This document shows positions 29,182-39,377 of a stretch of DNA of 64,000 nucleotides, one piece after another. A program made the translations under genes and the position numbers. The stretch comes from Limnochordia bacterium (lineage in GTDB: Bacteria > Bacillota > Limnochordia > DTU080), in the NCBI GenBank assembly GCA_050951545.1, contig JBMNJG010000003.1, positions 32,001 to 96,000 of the forward strand. The letters run 5' to 3'. Within the stretch, counting starts at the first letter, position 1. Every line of letters begins with the position of its first letter. Below the pieces are notes generated by a model. The model worked only from the letters and a program-made list of their open reading frames with translations. It had not been told where the DNA came from and ran no database searches.

Positions 29182-30698
29182 GTGGCCTCTGAGCGATCAG
29201 CTCCATGGGAAGCTTTGGAGGCTACCAACGCCGTCCTTACATCGTGAAGACGGTCTTTGCTGCCGAGCACCATGACGATATCGCCTGCTTCGACAGTGGT
29301 TCTCCCAGTCGGGACGATATAGTCACTCTGACGATTGATAAGCACAATCAGCGTTTCAGCAGGCAGACCTAGATCCGCGATCGGCTTTCCTGCCGCTGCA
29401 GACGTCACTGGAATGGCTACTTCCAGCAGATCGTTGTCCATGTTCTCCACACTAATCTCTAGCGGACTCCGCGGCTTGATGATCATGTCGGCTCCCACTC
29501 CGAGCCACCTGGCCACAGTGGGGATGGATGTCCCCTGTAGCAGTGTCGAGGTCAACACGACAAAAAAGACTACGTGAAAGATCGTGTCCGCCTCCTCAAC
29601 CCCGGCCAACAGAGGCATGGTTGCCAAGACAATCGGCACAGCACCACGCAAACCCACCCACGAGATCAGGGATTTCTGCTGCAGCGTCAGTTTTGTGAAA
29701 CTAAGCAGTGAGAACACGGCAATCGGTCGAGCTACCAGCATCAGGAAAGCGGAGACGGCTAGACCCAGACCGGCTACCTGAATAAGGCGAGAGGGAAAGA
29801 CCAAAAGACCCAGGGTCAAGAACATCAGGATCTGCATCAACCAGGCCAAGGAGTCGAAGAAACGCGATAGGGTGCGCTGGTGAATCACTGTACTATTAGC
29901 CATGATGATCCCCGCAATGTAGACTGCCAAGAACCCACTTCCTCGTATTAGAGCAGTCACTGCATAGACAAACATGACGAGAGCCAACAGGAGCACGGGG
30001 TAGAGACCCTCGTATTCAAGATTAATGCGATTAAGCAGTGCTACCAAACCGCGACCCGCCAATAAGCCGATGATCGCGCCCACAATCATCTGCATCACAA
30101 ATAGAGGGACCATATCCAGCAAGCGTGCACCGGGTTCCGTAAGCAGATGGATGCACCCAATAGTCAGGAAAATGGCCATCGGGTCGTTGGCCCCCGATTC
30201 TAGCTCCAACAACGGGGCCAGATGGCCCTTGAGAGCCGCTTTGCGTGAACGCAGCACACCGAAGACCGCAGCAGCATCCGTAGACGAGATGACCGAGCCC
30301 AAGAGCATAGCTTCCACAAGAGGGAAGCCTAGAAACCGATGCACAAAAAAACCCACCAAAAGCGCCGTGATCAACACACCAGCAGTGGCCAGCGAGATCG
30401 AGTACCAGAATGCAGGCTTAACTGCTTGCCACTTCGTACTCAAGCCACCAGCAAACAAAATGATGGCTAGCGCTGTTACCCCCATCAGCTGAGACAGCCA
30501 TGGGTCATCAAAGTAGAAGCCTCCGGGGCCATCCGATCCAAACAACATGCCGACCAGAAGAAACAGCAGAAGTGCCGGGATGCCCAGATTCCCGGCCAAT
30601 TTGCTCGTGAAGACGCTGGCCAGAATGAGCAAGGCCCCTCCAAGGATAATGTGGTCGATCTGCACAGACTGCAGAATCTCGTATATGTTTGCCTCCAC
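29178..30698 (-). CDS. K+/H+ antiporter NhaP2/CvrA with TrkA-C (RCK_C) domain
   Basis: SSTDAAAVF, LELESGANDPMA and SWVGLRGAVPIVLA; C-terminal RCK_C (IVPTGRTTVEAGD). Confidence 0.92.
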   Translation of the reverse strand: MEANIYEILQSVQIDHIILGGALLILASVFTSKLAGNLGIPALLLFLLVGMLFGSDGPGGFYFDDPWLSQLMGVTALAIILFAGGLSTKWQAVKPAFWYSISLATAGVLITALLVGFFVHRFLGFPLVEAMLLGSVISSTDAAAVFGVLRSRKAALKGHLAPLLELESGANDPMAIFLTIGCIHLLTEPGARLLDMVPLFVMQMIVGAIIGLLAGRGLVALLNRINLEYEGLYPVLLLALVMFVYAVTALIRGSGFLAVYIAGIIMANSTVIHQRTLSRFFDSLAWLMQILMFLTLGLLVFPSRLIQVAGLGLAVSAFLMLVARPIAVFSLLSFTKLTLQQKSLISWVGLRGAVPIVLATMPLLAGVEEADTIFHVVFFVVLTSTLLQGTSIPTVARWLGVGADMIIKPRSPLEISVENMDNDLLEVAIPVTSAAAGKPIADLGLPAETLIVLINRQSDYIVPTGRTTVEAGDIVMVLGSKDRLHDVRTALVASKASHGADRSEAT

Positions 30699-30759
30699 TT
30701 ACCGATCCCTGCTTACTCAGTAATGTCGTGTAGCCTCGTACCAAGAGCCCTACAGAATC

Positions 30760-30804
30760 TTGTCAGGAGGCGGTTCAGCGAAACGCTCCACCGCCTCCTG
30801 ACAA
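30760..30804. terminator. Long hairpin between the MscS-like gene and the antiporter
   Basis: TTGTCAGGAGGCGGT...ACCGCCTCCTGACAA inverted repeat. Confidence 0.6.
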
Positions 30805-30855
30805 CAGAACGGTACTACCTTAGTCTACGCCACAGCAAGCTGCCGCATAGAATGG

Positions 30856-32376
30856 TTAGTCGCTTCTTGACTTAGTCTTGGCATCCGCCCATTCCTTAAC
30901 GACATCCTTACTGCCCAACCCGATGGCGATGGCTGCAGCCAGGCCCAGCGAACCCAAGAGAATGGAGAAGGCAGTTACGACAATCGTCTCCGCAATTCCC
31001 AGCTGCTCCAACGACATGGTAGCGGCGAGCACCAAAATGGCATACTTAGCTACGGAAGCCATCCATACCGGGTAGTTGGTGTTCTCTAGAATACCGGCTA
31101 GACTGCGCGCCGCGAACTGCCCCACCCCATAGCCAGCCACCAAGATCACAACGGCAACGACTGCATTGGGGATGTATGCAAGTATGCTACCGAGGATGAC
31201 ACTGAGCTGCTCCAATCTGATGATGCTGAAGACCTCAACGAGGATAAGCAACAAGGTGATCCCACTTACTACGCCACCCACTATCTGAGGAATATCTGCG
31301 CCGCCGGCCTTCTCATCACGCAGAAGGCCCCAACGTGCGAGAAACCGCGTGACATTCGTCCGTTCAAGCAGCGTCGCCGTTAGCTGCCCGACCCAGCGGG
31401 CAAAGGCTACCCCGACGGCCAACAGCAAGATGGCCACGGCAATGCTGGGGATCATATTGAGCACCATTGTGAGCATGCTGATCGCAGGTCCAGAGATCGC
31501 CTGCAAACCAAGCGACTCCAAAGCCGAGATAGCGACAGGAATCAGCACCAGCACAAACGCGATAGTGCCCAATGAGCGCGACAGAGGAGTGGCAGCGAAG
31601 ACCTCACCGAGGCCACATCTCTCCGGTAGCGTATCGACTCCACTGCTAGCGAGAAAGCTCGTGACGATGCCCCGAATGATCTTGGCGATCACATAGCCCA
31701 CCAGCACTGTGGCAATAGCTGCAGCTAATCCCGGCAAGAAGCTGAGAGCCTGCGTAGTTACCTGCTCAAAAGGCTCTTTGAGACCCTCGAGCTGCAGGGC
31801 GCCTAGCAGAGCGGGTAAGAAAACGACCAGAACAAGGTAGTAGACGAGGTTTCCCGCACTAGCGATCCACTCCGCCTTTTGCTCTGGAGCCACAGCCTGG
31901 GTTCTGTCGAGAAAGCTCCCGACCTTCTCCAGACGTAGCAGCCTGACCACAATGCTGCGCAGAATAGTGGCTATAACCCAAGCAGCCAGTAAAATGAGGA
32001 TGGCCTTCACAAGATTGGGCACTGCGAGTGCCAGCTGATTCGTCACCGCTAAGAACGGTTCCCTGACAGCGGTCACACCTAAGATCTCGAAGACCTGTAC
32101 CAAGACGAAGAGCATCAACAGGTAATATGTGATGCGCACAACTACCCGATCAATCTGCTCTTTCTCACCAGTCTCCACCAGACCACGACCTTGGACCCCG
32201 CCAGTCAGGCGATGTACGAGACGGCCGACCACAGACGCAATGGCCCGAGCGAGAATCCATCCCACGAAAAGCACGATAATCGCTAACACAATTGACGGAA
32301 GCCTAGATGCTAGGGTCTCCCACAGGGAGAACACCAGGTCACCATACTCATTCATAACGCAATTCCCCTTTCTCAT
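30856..32376 (-). CDS. Mechanosensitive channel-like protein with repeated conserved TM helices (CmpX/MscS-TM1 type)
   Basis: Repeated LP.IV.A.IIL..GW.IA units and C-terminal AAAIAIGLGSKD; start may be ATG at 32355. Confidence 0.8.
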   Translation of the reverse strand: MRKGNCVMNEYGDLVFSLWETLASRLPSIVLAIIVLFVGWILARAIASVVGRLVHRLTGGVQGRGLVETGEKEQIDRVVVRITYYLLMLFVLVQVFEILGVTAVREPFLAVTNQLALAVPNLVKAILILLAAWVIATILRSIVVRLLRLEKVGSFLDRTQAVAPEQKAEWIASAGNLVYYLVLVVFLPALLGALQLEGLKEPFEQVTTQALSFLPGLAAAIATVLVGYVIAKIIRGIVTSFLASSGVDTLPERCGLGEVFAATPLSRSLGTIAFVLVLIPVAISALESLGLQAISGPAISMLTMVLNMIPSIAVAILLLAVGVAFARWVGQLTATLLERTNVTRFLARWGLLRDEKAGGADIPQIVGGVVSGITLLLILVEVFSIIRLEQLSVILGSILAYIPNAVVAVVILVAGYGVGQFAARSLAGILENTNYPVWMASVAKYAILVLAATMSLEQLGIAETIVVTAFSILLGSLGLAAAIAIGLGSKDVVKEWADAKTKSRSD

Positions 32377-32629
32377 GTCCGTCTTCGTCTTCTGTCACGC
32401 AATAGAAGACTGGTGGCAAGACAGGGACAGGGTCTATCCTGCCTTTCGGGCTTCTTTTTTGCTCCATCAGAGACCTCTTTCGCACCCCCTCTTCAGGGAG
32501 CATACGACCAGCGACCTCGGATTTCCTCTTAGAAACTCCCTTGTCTCAGCAAAGGACAAGTGCCGCCTTAGTCTAATAGATGAGGTAGCTGACCGAACCA
32601 ACTACAGTATAAGGCTGAGGGTGAAGATC

Positions 32630-33409
32630 ATGGCCCGCATTGACATGCATACCCATCTGCTCGCTCGGGGACCCGAGCCACTGCTAGATGAGTTGGCTAC
32701 AGCGGAGCGCCTAGCTCGATCTTACGGCATTGCCCGTCTGGTTCTCTTGGGTAACCTCACAAGCGTCGGAGGTCCTAACCCCACTCCACAGGATATCATG
32801 ACCATCAACACACATACACTCAAGGTCATGGCTTTGTATCCCGATCTGTATATCGGTTTCTGCTATCTGAACCCTGCACACCCGCGATCATTTGTCGAAG
32901 AGGAGATGGAACGTTGCATCGCCAAAGGCGGCATGCGCGGTATCAAGCTGTGGATTGCCGTCAAGGCCACAGATGATTGTCTTGATCGTATCATGGATTG
33001 GGCCGAACGTCATGGCATCCTGATTCTCCATCATGCCTGGTATAAACAGACCGTCTACTCGTATCAGGAGTCCACGCCTGCGGAAATTGCTCAGCTCGCC
33101 AGGAGATGGCCGCACGTTACCGTGGTTATGGCTCATCTTTGTGGGGGAAGCGTGCGTGGGGTGCTAGATGTGGCCGATCTACCCAATGTGCTTATCGACA
33201 CATCAGGCAGCCAACCCGAGGCAGGCTTGGTGGAGTACGCTGTGCGCCGCCTGGGAGCAAACCGAGTCGTCTACGGGTCTGACTGGCCTTTGCGCGATTT
33301 CGGTACCCAGATTGGCCGAGTGCTGGGAGCTGACCTAGACCCCGCAGACGAACATCGCATTCTCTACGCCAATGCGAGCAGAGTTCTGGGACTGGAGGAA
33401 ACACGATGA
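32630..33409 (+). CDS. Amidohydrolase_2 family TIM-barrel protein
   Basis: IDMHTH, GIKLW, ILHH, MAH and YGSDWP; ATG at 32630. The ORF-track extension overlaps the opposite gene and is spurious. Confidence 0.88.
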   Translation: MARIDMHTHLLARGPEPLLDELATAERLARSYGIARLVLLGNLTSVGGPNPTPQDIMTINTHTLKVMALYPDLYIGFCYLNPAHPRSFVEEEMERCIAKGGMRGIKLWIAVKATDDCLDRIMDWAERHGILILHHAWYKQTVYSYQESTPAEIAQLARRWPHVTVVMAHLCGGSVRGVLDVADLPNVLIDTSGSQPEAGLVEYAVRRLGANRVVYGSDWPLRDFGTQIGRVLGADLDPADEHRILYANASRVLGLEETR

Positions 33410-34176
33410 GCTTTCTCATCGACACGAGCGTTTTCGCAGGGTATTGGCCTTTTCGTCATCTAAACCACCGCGACCCCGAGCAACTCAAACAGTACCTACT
33501 GTCACGAGGGGTTGCGCAGGCTTGGGTCAGCTCGGCCGAAGCGATTCTGTATCCCGATCCCATGCAGGGCAACTGGCCCCTGCTAATGGCAACCAGAGAA
33601 GACGCCTTCTTTGTGCCTGTGACGCTGGTTGACATCACCTTGGCTACCTGGCGCAAAGATGCTGAACAGTGTATCACACGGCTTGGCAGCCGCGCTATCA
33701 AAATCACTCCGAACTACCATAGCTACCCTCTCGATCATCCAAGTCTCGGTGAGTTGGCCACAGTGGCCAGTGATCTGAACCTACCGCTGTGCATCCAGGT
33801 GCGCATGATGGATGAGCGTACCCATCACCCGCTCATGAAAGTGCCTGGAGTTCCTCCTGCCCAGATCGCGAAGTTGGCCGAGCAGCATCCCGGTACCCGA
33901 TTTCTTGTCTGCGGAGTCTATATGAGTGAGCTCAAGGCTCTCAATGAGGTGCCAAACATTTGGTGTGAGATATCGCATGTTGAGGCAAGCCAGAGTCTGA
34001 TTGTCGCTACGAGATCCTTTCCCTGGCAACGCCTAGTCTTTGGCAGCCATAGCCCGTTTCTCTATTTCGAGGGAGCGCACCAAAAACTCGACGTCAAGAC
34101 TGAGGGCCTTGCGGCAAAGCAGATCGACGCTATCAGGCAGGCCAACGCCCTGGCCCTACTGAATCCGCCTACCTAG
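33406..34176 (+). CDS. Amidohydrolase_2-like protein with degenerate metal ligands
   Basis: ATGA overlap with the previous gene; IDTSVF replaces DxHxH and FGSHSP replaces FGSDxP. Confidence 0.8.
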   Translation: MSFLIDTSVFAGYWPFRHLNHRDPEQLKQYLLSRGVAQAWVSSAEAILYPDPMQGNWPLLMATREDAFFVPVTLVDITLATWRKDAEQCITRLGSRAIKITPNYHSYPLDHPSLGELATVASDLNLPLCIQVRMMDERTHHPLMKVPGVPPAQIAKLAEQHPGTRFLVCGVYMSELKALNEVPNIWCEISHVEASQSLIVATRSFPWQRLVFGSHSPFLYFEGAHQKLDVKTEGLAAKQIDAIRQANALALLNPPT

Positions 34177-34237
34177 GGATAGACAACCTTCAGTTGGTCA
34201 TGTTGTGAAGGGCATCCTGTAGAAGGGGGAAGAACAA

Positions 34238-35500
34238 ATGAACAAATCCCTTCGTCACGCATTGGCTCTGCTACTAGTTCTATCTTCCGCCGTGCCCACA
34301 GAGGCTGGTGTGCAGATCACCCACTTCATGTATGAAGGCCACGGAAGCAAGTGGCAAGAGTATCTTGAACTCATGGCCGAACGCTTTGAGGCATCAACGG
34401 GTATAACAGTTGGGGTTGTTCTGTCATCTGGAGGAATTGGCGGCCTGAGAACAAAGCTACTGACCATGGTAGCTGGAGGCGTGGCTCCGGATGTCACCGA
34501 CACGCACCCGATGATGGCCGCCCCGCTCATCGCTCAAGGCATCTTTGAGGATCTTACTCCGTATATCAAGCGCGACAAGTTCCCTCTTGAACGCATCCCC
34601 CCAGTGGCTGTAGACGGCGTGCGCACGCCTGACAATCAGATGTGGGGTATTCCTGTCAGTGTCTATCCGGTGGTCACCTTCTTTAATATCGATATTTTCG
34701 CCCAACAAGGGCTGCCTAACCCCCGTGAACTCGGCGCTGGTTGGACATGGGAATCACTCGCCTCGACTGCTAAGAGACTGACTCGTGACACCGATGGTGA
34801 CGGTGCTCCCGAGATCTACGGGACGGTTCGAGCTACCTCTCGTTGGGAAATGCAGGTCCACCAGGCAGGCGGGCAGCTCTACGACAGGATCGTGTACCCA
34901 ACCAAGAGCCAGTTCAACAGCCCGAGTGTCCTCCACGCAGTAGAGTTCCTGCAGAAGCTTTACGTGGACGGCATTGCCACGAACAACAGCACGTACGATG
35001 TGTACAAAGGCAATGCGGGTTTTTCGGTCGTCGACGGCCCCGGCTTTATCGGGCCATACTACCAAAACGTATCCTTCTCATGGGACATCGCCGGACAGCC
35101 CAAGGGACCAACCAGTCGGGCTGCCAGAGTCAACCCCGACGGTTTCCAGGTGGTCGCCCAGAGCAACCACCGAGATGAAGCCTGGCAATGGGTACGTTTT
35201 CTGACCGCTGACACAGAGAACCAACTGGAGATGGCGCGTATTACTGGCCGCCTGCCCTCCCTAAAGGAAGCGATGATCCGCTATCCGAAGGTCGGAGGTA
35301 GCCTCACACTTCCTAACAACTGGCAAGCCATGATCGAGACAGCATTCGATCCCACAGGCTATGCAGCGTACGTGGTCCCCAACGCCACGCAGATCGATGC
35401 TATTGTAAACCCCATCATGGGGCGCATATGGAATGGCCAGATGGCAGCGGCAACTGGTCTACAGCAGATCCATGATCTATTGGCATCCCTGTTGCAGTAG
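34238..35500 (+). CDS. Sugar ABC transporter substrate-binding protein (orphan)
   Basis: Signal peptide, AGGVAPDV, WTWE...AKRLTRDTDGDG and EAWQWVRFL. Confidence 0.88.
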   Translation: MNKSLRHALALLLVLSSAVPTEAGVQITHFMYEGHGSKWQEYLELMAERFEASTGITVGVVLSSGGIGGLRTKLLTMVAGGVAPDVTDTHPMMAAPLIAQGIFEDLTPYIKRDKFPLERIPPVAVDGVRTPDNQMWGIPVSVYPVVTFFNIDIFAQQGLPNPRELGAGWTWESLASTAKRLTRDTDGDGAPEIYGTVRATSRWEMQVHQAGGQLYDRIVYPTKSQFNSPSVLHAVEFLQKLYVDGIATNNSTYDVYKGNAGFSVVDGPGFIGPYYQNVSFSWDIAGQPKGPTSRAARVNPDGFQVVAQSNHRDEAWQWVRFLTADTENQLEMARITGRLPSLKEAMIRYPKVGGSLTLPNNWQAMIETAFDPTGYAAYVVPNATQIDAIVNPIMGRIWNGQMAAATGLQQIHDLLASLLQ

Positions 35501-35505
35501 ATTGG

Positions 35506-35567
35506 GGGGTACGCGTGTCGGCGGCCAACGACATGCGCGCACAGCGTAACGCGATTTTCTTGGGAGG
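35506..35567 (+). repeat. Unnamed leader element, copy B (upstream of an amidohydrolase)
   Basis: GGGGTACGCGTGTCG-GCGGCCAA-CGACATGCGCGCACAGCGTAACGCGATTTTCTTGGGAGG; a hairpin followed by the SD. Confidence 0.7.
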
Positions 35568-35577
35568 CGCAGAAGGC

Positions 35578-36462
35578 ATGTTCATTGATATCCACGCCCA
35601 TGCTCGCAAATACCCTGGCACTGGTCGTTTCGCTTACGACAACTTCGCCACGCCCGAGCAGTTGCTGGCCAGATATGATGCCTTGGGCGTTGCTAAGGGA
35701 GTACTTCTGCCTTTGGTCAGTCCAGAGGTCTATGAACCCCAATCCAATGGCGAGATACTGGACATATGCGAATCCTATCCCGACCGCTTTGTTCCTTTCT
35801 GCAACATCGATCCACGAGCGATGACGAACTCCGAGACGGCCCCACTGGGCGAACTGCTGGCTTTTTACAAAGACAAGGGCTGCAAGGGCCTCGGCGAGAT
35901 GCTCCCGAATCTACCCCTAAATCATCCCTTGGTCGATAATCTCTTGCATCACTGTAACCAACACCGAATGCCCGTTACCTTCGACATGGCAACGAAGATT
36001 GGAGGCACCTACGGTGTGTACGAGGAGCCGGGCCTGCCCTATCTCGAAAGAGCACTGAACGAGTTTCCAGACGTGATCTTCCTCGGGCACTCGCCTCCCT
36101 TCTGGGCAGAAATCGCTGTACTCGAGCCTGTAGAGAGTCGGTCAGGCTACCCCAAAGGACCGGTTAAGCAAGAGGGCGTGGTACCTAGGCTATTGCGCCA
36201 ATACCCCAACCTACATGGCGATCTCTCGGCGGGAAGCGGTTACAACGCTATCAGTCGGGATCCGGACTACGGCGCGTCCTTCCTTGAGGAGTTCCAGGAT
36301 AAGCTGTACTTCGGTCTGGATATCTGTGATCCGGCTGGTCCAGTGCCTCTGGTGGACTTCTTGGTCCAACTGCGAGACAGCGGTCGCATCTCGTTAGGCT
36401 GCTTTGAGAAGATCGCCTGGAGGAACGCCAATCGGCTTTTGGATCTCGGACTCGACCTGTGA
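35578..36462 (+). CDS. Amidohydrolase_2 family protein
   Basis: MFIDIHAH, FCNIDPR, GLGE, FLGH, DLSAGSG and YFGLD; ATG at 35578 after GGAGG. Confidence 0.88.
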   Translation: MFIDIHAHARKYPGTGRFAYDNFATPEQLLARYDALGVAKGVLLPLVSPEVYEPQSNGEILDICESYPDRFVPFCNIDPRAMTNSETAPLGELLAFYKDKGCKGLGEMLPNLPLNHPLVDNLLHHCNQHRMPVTFDMATKIGGTYGVYEEPGLPYLERALNEFPDVIFLGHSPPFWAEIAVLEPVESRSGYPKGPVKQEGVVPRLLRQYPNLHGDLSAGSGYNAISRDPDYGASFLEEFQDKLYFGLDICDPAGPVPLVDFLVQLRDSGRISLGCFEKIAWRNANRLLDLGLDL

Positions 36463-36530
36463 GCAATGAAAGGGCGGATACAGCCACAGCCATACCCGCC
36501 CTTCCTGCATCGTGGAGACCCCTATGCACC

Positions 36531-39350
36531 CTACTTCGCTACGGCTGCCATCGGAGTGTCGATCTCCTCGGCATACCTGGCTTGTGCAAGCATTTTGTAC
36601 ACATCCAGCGTTTGGTTACACACCGCAGACCACGTATACTTGCGAAGGGTCTTTTCCCGGGCCCGAACGGCCAGGGCTTCTGCCAGGTTACGGTCATCTA
36701 GCAAATGCAGGATGGTCCGCACAATCCCGTGGAGATCGCCAGGATAGACCTTTAGCCCGTCCACACCATGTTCCACAATCTCTGCGAGCCCACCAGTATC
36801 CGACACGACCACGGGTACTCCTGCTCCCATCGCCTCCAGAGCGACGATCCCAAAAGGCTCGTATAGACTCGGGAAGACAGCCAGCGACGCCCGAGCCAAC
36901 AGTGCGTTTCGCCCATCATCATCCACATATCCCGGAAAGAGAACCCTGTCGGCAATACCTAGCTCCGCAGCCATGGCCTTGAGCTTGTCAGAGAGCGGCC
37001 CTCGTCCAGCAAAGACGAAGTAGACATCAGCCCGTCTTTGAAGGATAGCTCCTGCTGCCTCCATCAGGAGTTCTACGCCTTTTTCCCGCACAAATCTGCC
37101 CAAGAACGCTACCACATGTCCATGCCGTGGTAGATATGATGGTGATGAGGTGGTCGCCGATACGAGAGAAGAGACATCCACACCGTTAGGTATGACTTCT
37201 ATCTTATCACCAGCAACCCCAAAGACCTGGTTAAGCTCACCGTGCATCGCCTGACTACAGACGATCACCCGATCAGCACCAGACATCAACATCCGTTCCT
37301 GTCGGTCAATGGCCCGCTGCATCGAGCTGTGAAGGCCCCGATTGCGACCGTACTCCGTCGCGTGAATTGTAGCGAGCAAAGGCACCCCATAGCGCCGGGC
37401 GATCATGCGTGAGACCTCGCCGACTAGCCAGTCATGACCGTGAATGACATCGAAGCGACGGCTAAGCCAGACCCTTCGTGCCAGTTCGTACAGCCGTACA
37501 TTTCCCTGAAAGACCAGGTCCGTGAAAGAGTCACCGGGCAAGTCTGGCACATGCACGCGATGGAGAACCACTCCCTCTTCGACTTCCCGCTCACTTAGCG
37601 CACCATTACCCAAAGTACACACATGCACCTCTGCGCCCTGTCTTGCTAAGTTCCGAGAGAGCTCATGCACATGCCTCCCCAGGCCTCCAGCACTCAACGG
37701 AGGGTACTCCCATGACAGCATCAGTACTCGCAGGGCTCCGGTGGGAAACATCAGGGCTGGCTGCGGGAGAGTCGTATCACAGAACTCCCGGTAATTCATG
37801 TAGGGGAATATTGCATGTGCCCGTTCTAAGTACTGCAGCTGCGTTTCATCGATCTTGCCCCATTCTACCTGCGCACAAAGAAGGTAGAACCATCTCAAGT
37901 GCTCGTCTAGGCGCCTATTAGCATAGTCCACCGCTGTTTGGGCACTAATGATGAATGTCCAGTCACTGCTTTGAGCAAGCATGAGTTCGCGACCCGCTTG
38001 GTTCAGGGCTCTCCTTTCTAAGCCACTGGCGTTGGGCCGGCCTTCCGCAAGCGCGGCCATCCTTTCCTCAGCCACGTGCAGGTGCCGATAAACCCAGCAG
38101 TTCGCCTCATTCAGCCAGACAGAGCTGTAGCCGTGATTGCCCCAACTCGATTCAGGTAGATCGGCCACAGGTGCCTCAGCGCACAGCGGATAATCAGTGG
38201 GAGCTATGAGCTTCAGTTCGTTCTGATCGTAATGCATCTTGCGACAGAGGTAATTCAGGAAGGCTGGTCCTTCATACCACCAGTGTCCGAACAGCTCAGT
38301 ATCATACGGCGAAACAATGATCGGCGGTCGGCCCGTCACACCGTGTAGTTTCTCCGCCTGTCTCAACCGCATATGAATAAAGTGAGAGGCGTGGGCCGCT
38401 GCCCGTTCATCTGCCCAGGCTGGTACATAAGGTTCTTTATGGGGGCCGTCTCCTGTGATGCGATAGTATTTGAGTCCCGTGTTGACCCGGATGCCGTCAG
38501 GATGCACATGCTCACGGATATACTCCCAATCGAGGTCAAACCCTACGTCACGGTAGTATTCGCGGTAGTTGTGATCCCCTGGATACCCCTCCTTGGAGCT
38601 CCACACTTGCTTAGCTGAATCCCTATCGCGGCCAAAGGCCAGAAGACCCGCATGTGTACGCACGGGCGAATGGACACCGCTAGGTGGCGCCGGGTCAGCA
38701 TGCATGATAGCGTGACTGTCGACCAGGAAATACTCCAGATTCTCCTCGGCCAGAAGATCGTCCAGCCCAGGACGATAGCCGCACTCTGGCAACCAGATAC
38801 CTCTCGGCCGGTACCCGAAGTGTTCTTCAAACGCGCGTACACCTAGCCTGATCTGGCTGCGGACGGCCTCCCGAGAGCGCAGCAATGGCAGATAAGCGTG
38901 CGTGGCCGCGCTGGTGAGTAGCTCTAGACCACCTGCTTGCGCTAACTGAGCGATACCCTGCAACAGATCACCGTTATATCGGTCGCAGAACACGTGGCGG
39001 GCTTCGCGCAGTTTCCACAGGTACATCTCCGCCACTGATCGGAAAGCCTGGTCGTGTCTGAGCCGAACTACCTCCTTCTCGGCTAGACGAATCAGACCAT
39101 CAAGATGGTCCTTATACCTGGCCTGCATGAGGGGATCGCGCAGCATCTCCATAAGAGGTGGTGTGATGGACATGGAAAAACGAAAGCCCACCCCGTCTGC
39201 CTGGAGTTGGTGGAACACATTCACCAGAGGTATATAAGACTCCGTGATGGCCTCAAAAAGCCATCGCTGCTCTAAGGCGTTCGGATCATCTAGATGCCGC
39301 ACATAGGGCAGATGGGTATGTAAACAGATAGCCACGTATCCCTTCATCAA
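36531..39350 (-). CDS. GH57 1,4-alpha-glucan branching enzyme (DUF1957) fused to a GT4 glycosyltransferase
   Basis: N-terminal LHTHLPYV, WLPECGY, DTELFGHWWYEG, AQSSDW; C-terminal SWEYPP..GGLGRHV, HDWL, TIHATE and PSLYEPFGIVALEAM. Confidence 0.92.
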   Translation of the reverse strand: MMKGYVAICLHTHLPYVRHLDDPNALEQRWLFEAITESYIPLVNVFHQLQADGVGFRFSMSITPPLMEMLRDPLMQARYKDHLDGLIRLAEKEVVRLRHDQAFRSVAEMYLWKLREARHVFCDRYNGDLLQGIAQLAQAGGLELLTSAATHAYLPLLRSREAVRSQIRLGVRAFEEHFGYRPRGIWLPECGYRPGLDDLLAEENLEYFLVDSHAIMHADPAPPSGVHSPVRTHAGLLAFGRDRDSAKQVWSSKEGYPGDHNYREYYRDVGFDLDWEYIREHVHPDGIRVNTGLKYYRITGDGPHKEPYVPAWADERAAAHASHFIHMRLRQAEKLHGVTGRPPIIVSPYDTELFGHWWYEGPAFLNYLCRKMHYDQNELKLIAPTDYPLCAEAPVADLPESSWGNHGYSSVWLNEANCWVYRHLHVAEERMAALAEGRPNASGLERRALNQAGRELMLAQSSDWTFIISAQTAVDYANRRLDEHLRWFYLLCAQVEWGKIDETQLQYLERAHAIFPYMNYREFCDTTLPQPALMFPTGALRVLMLSWEYPPLSAGGLGRHVHELSRNLARQGAEVHVCTLGNGALSEREVEEGVVLHRVHVPDLPGDSFTDLVFQGNVRLYELARRVWLSRRFDVIHGHDWLVGEVSRMIARRYGVPLLATIHATEYGRNRGLHSSMQRAIDRQERMLMSGADRVIVCSQAMHGELNQVFGVAGDKIEVIPNGVDVSSLVSATTSSPSYLPRHGHVVAFLGRFVREKGVELLMEAAGAILQRRADVYFVFAGRGPLSDKLKAMAAELGIADRVLFPGYVDDDGRNALLARASLAVFPSLYEPFGIVALEAMGAGVPVVVSDTGGLAEIVEHGVDGLKVYPGDLHGIVRTILHLLDDRNLAEALAVRAREKTLRKYTWSAVCNQTLDVYKMLAQARYAEEIDTPMAAVAK

Positions 39351-39377
39351 TGACGGACCTCCTGCGATGGCGTATGG

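Noticed and set aside
32380-32510. Hairpins upstream of the MscS-like gene as a possible riboswitch
   Set aside because: No recognisable aptamer consensus; hairpins are expected at this GC content.
32129-32629. N-terminal extension of the 426-aa ORF
   Set aside because: Overlaps the opposite-strand gene and intergenic DNA; the amidohydrolase motif starts at ATG 32630.
35515-35577. Leader element read as a conserved leader peptide or N-terminal extension
   Set aside because: The three copies give different peptides and phases; conservation is at the nucleotide level.
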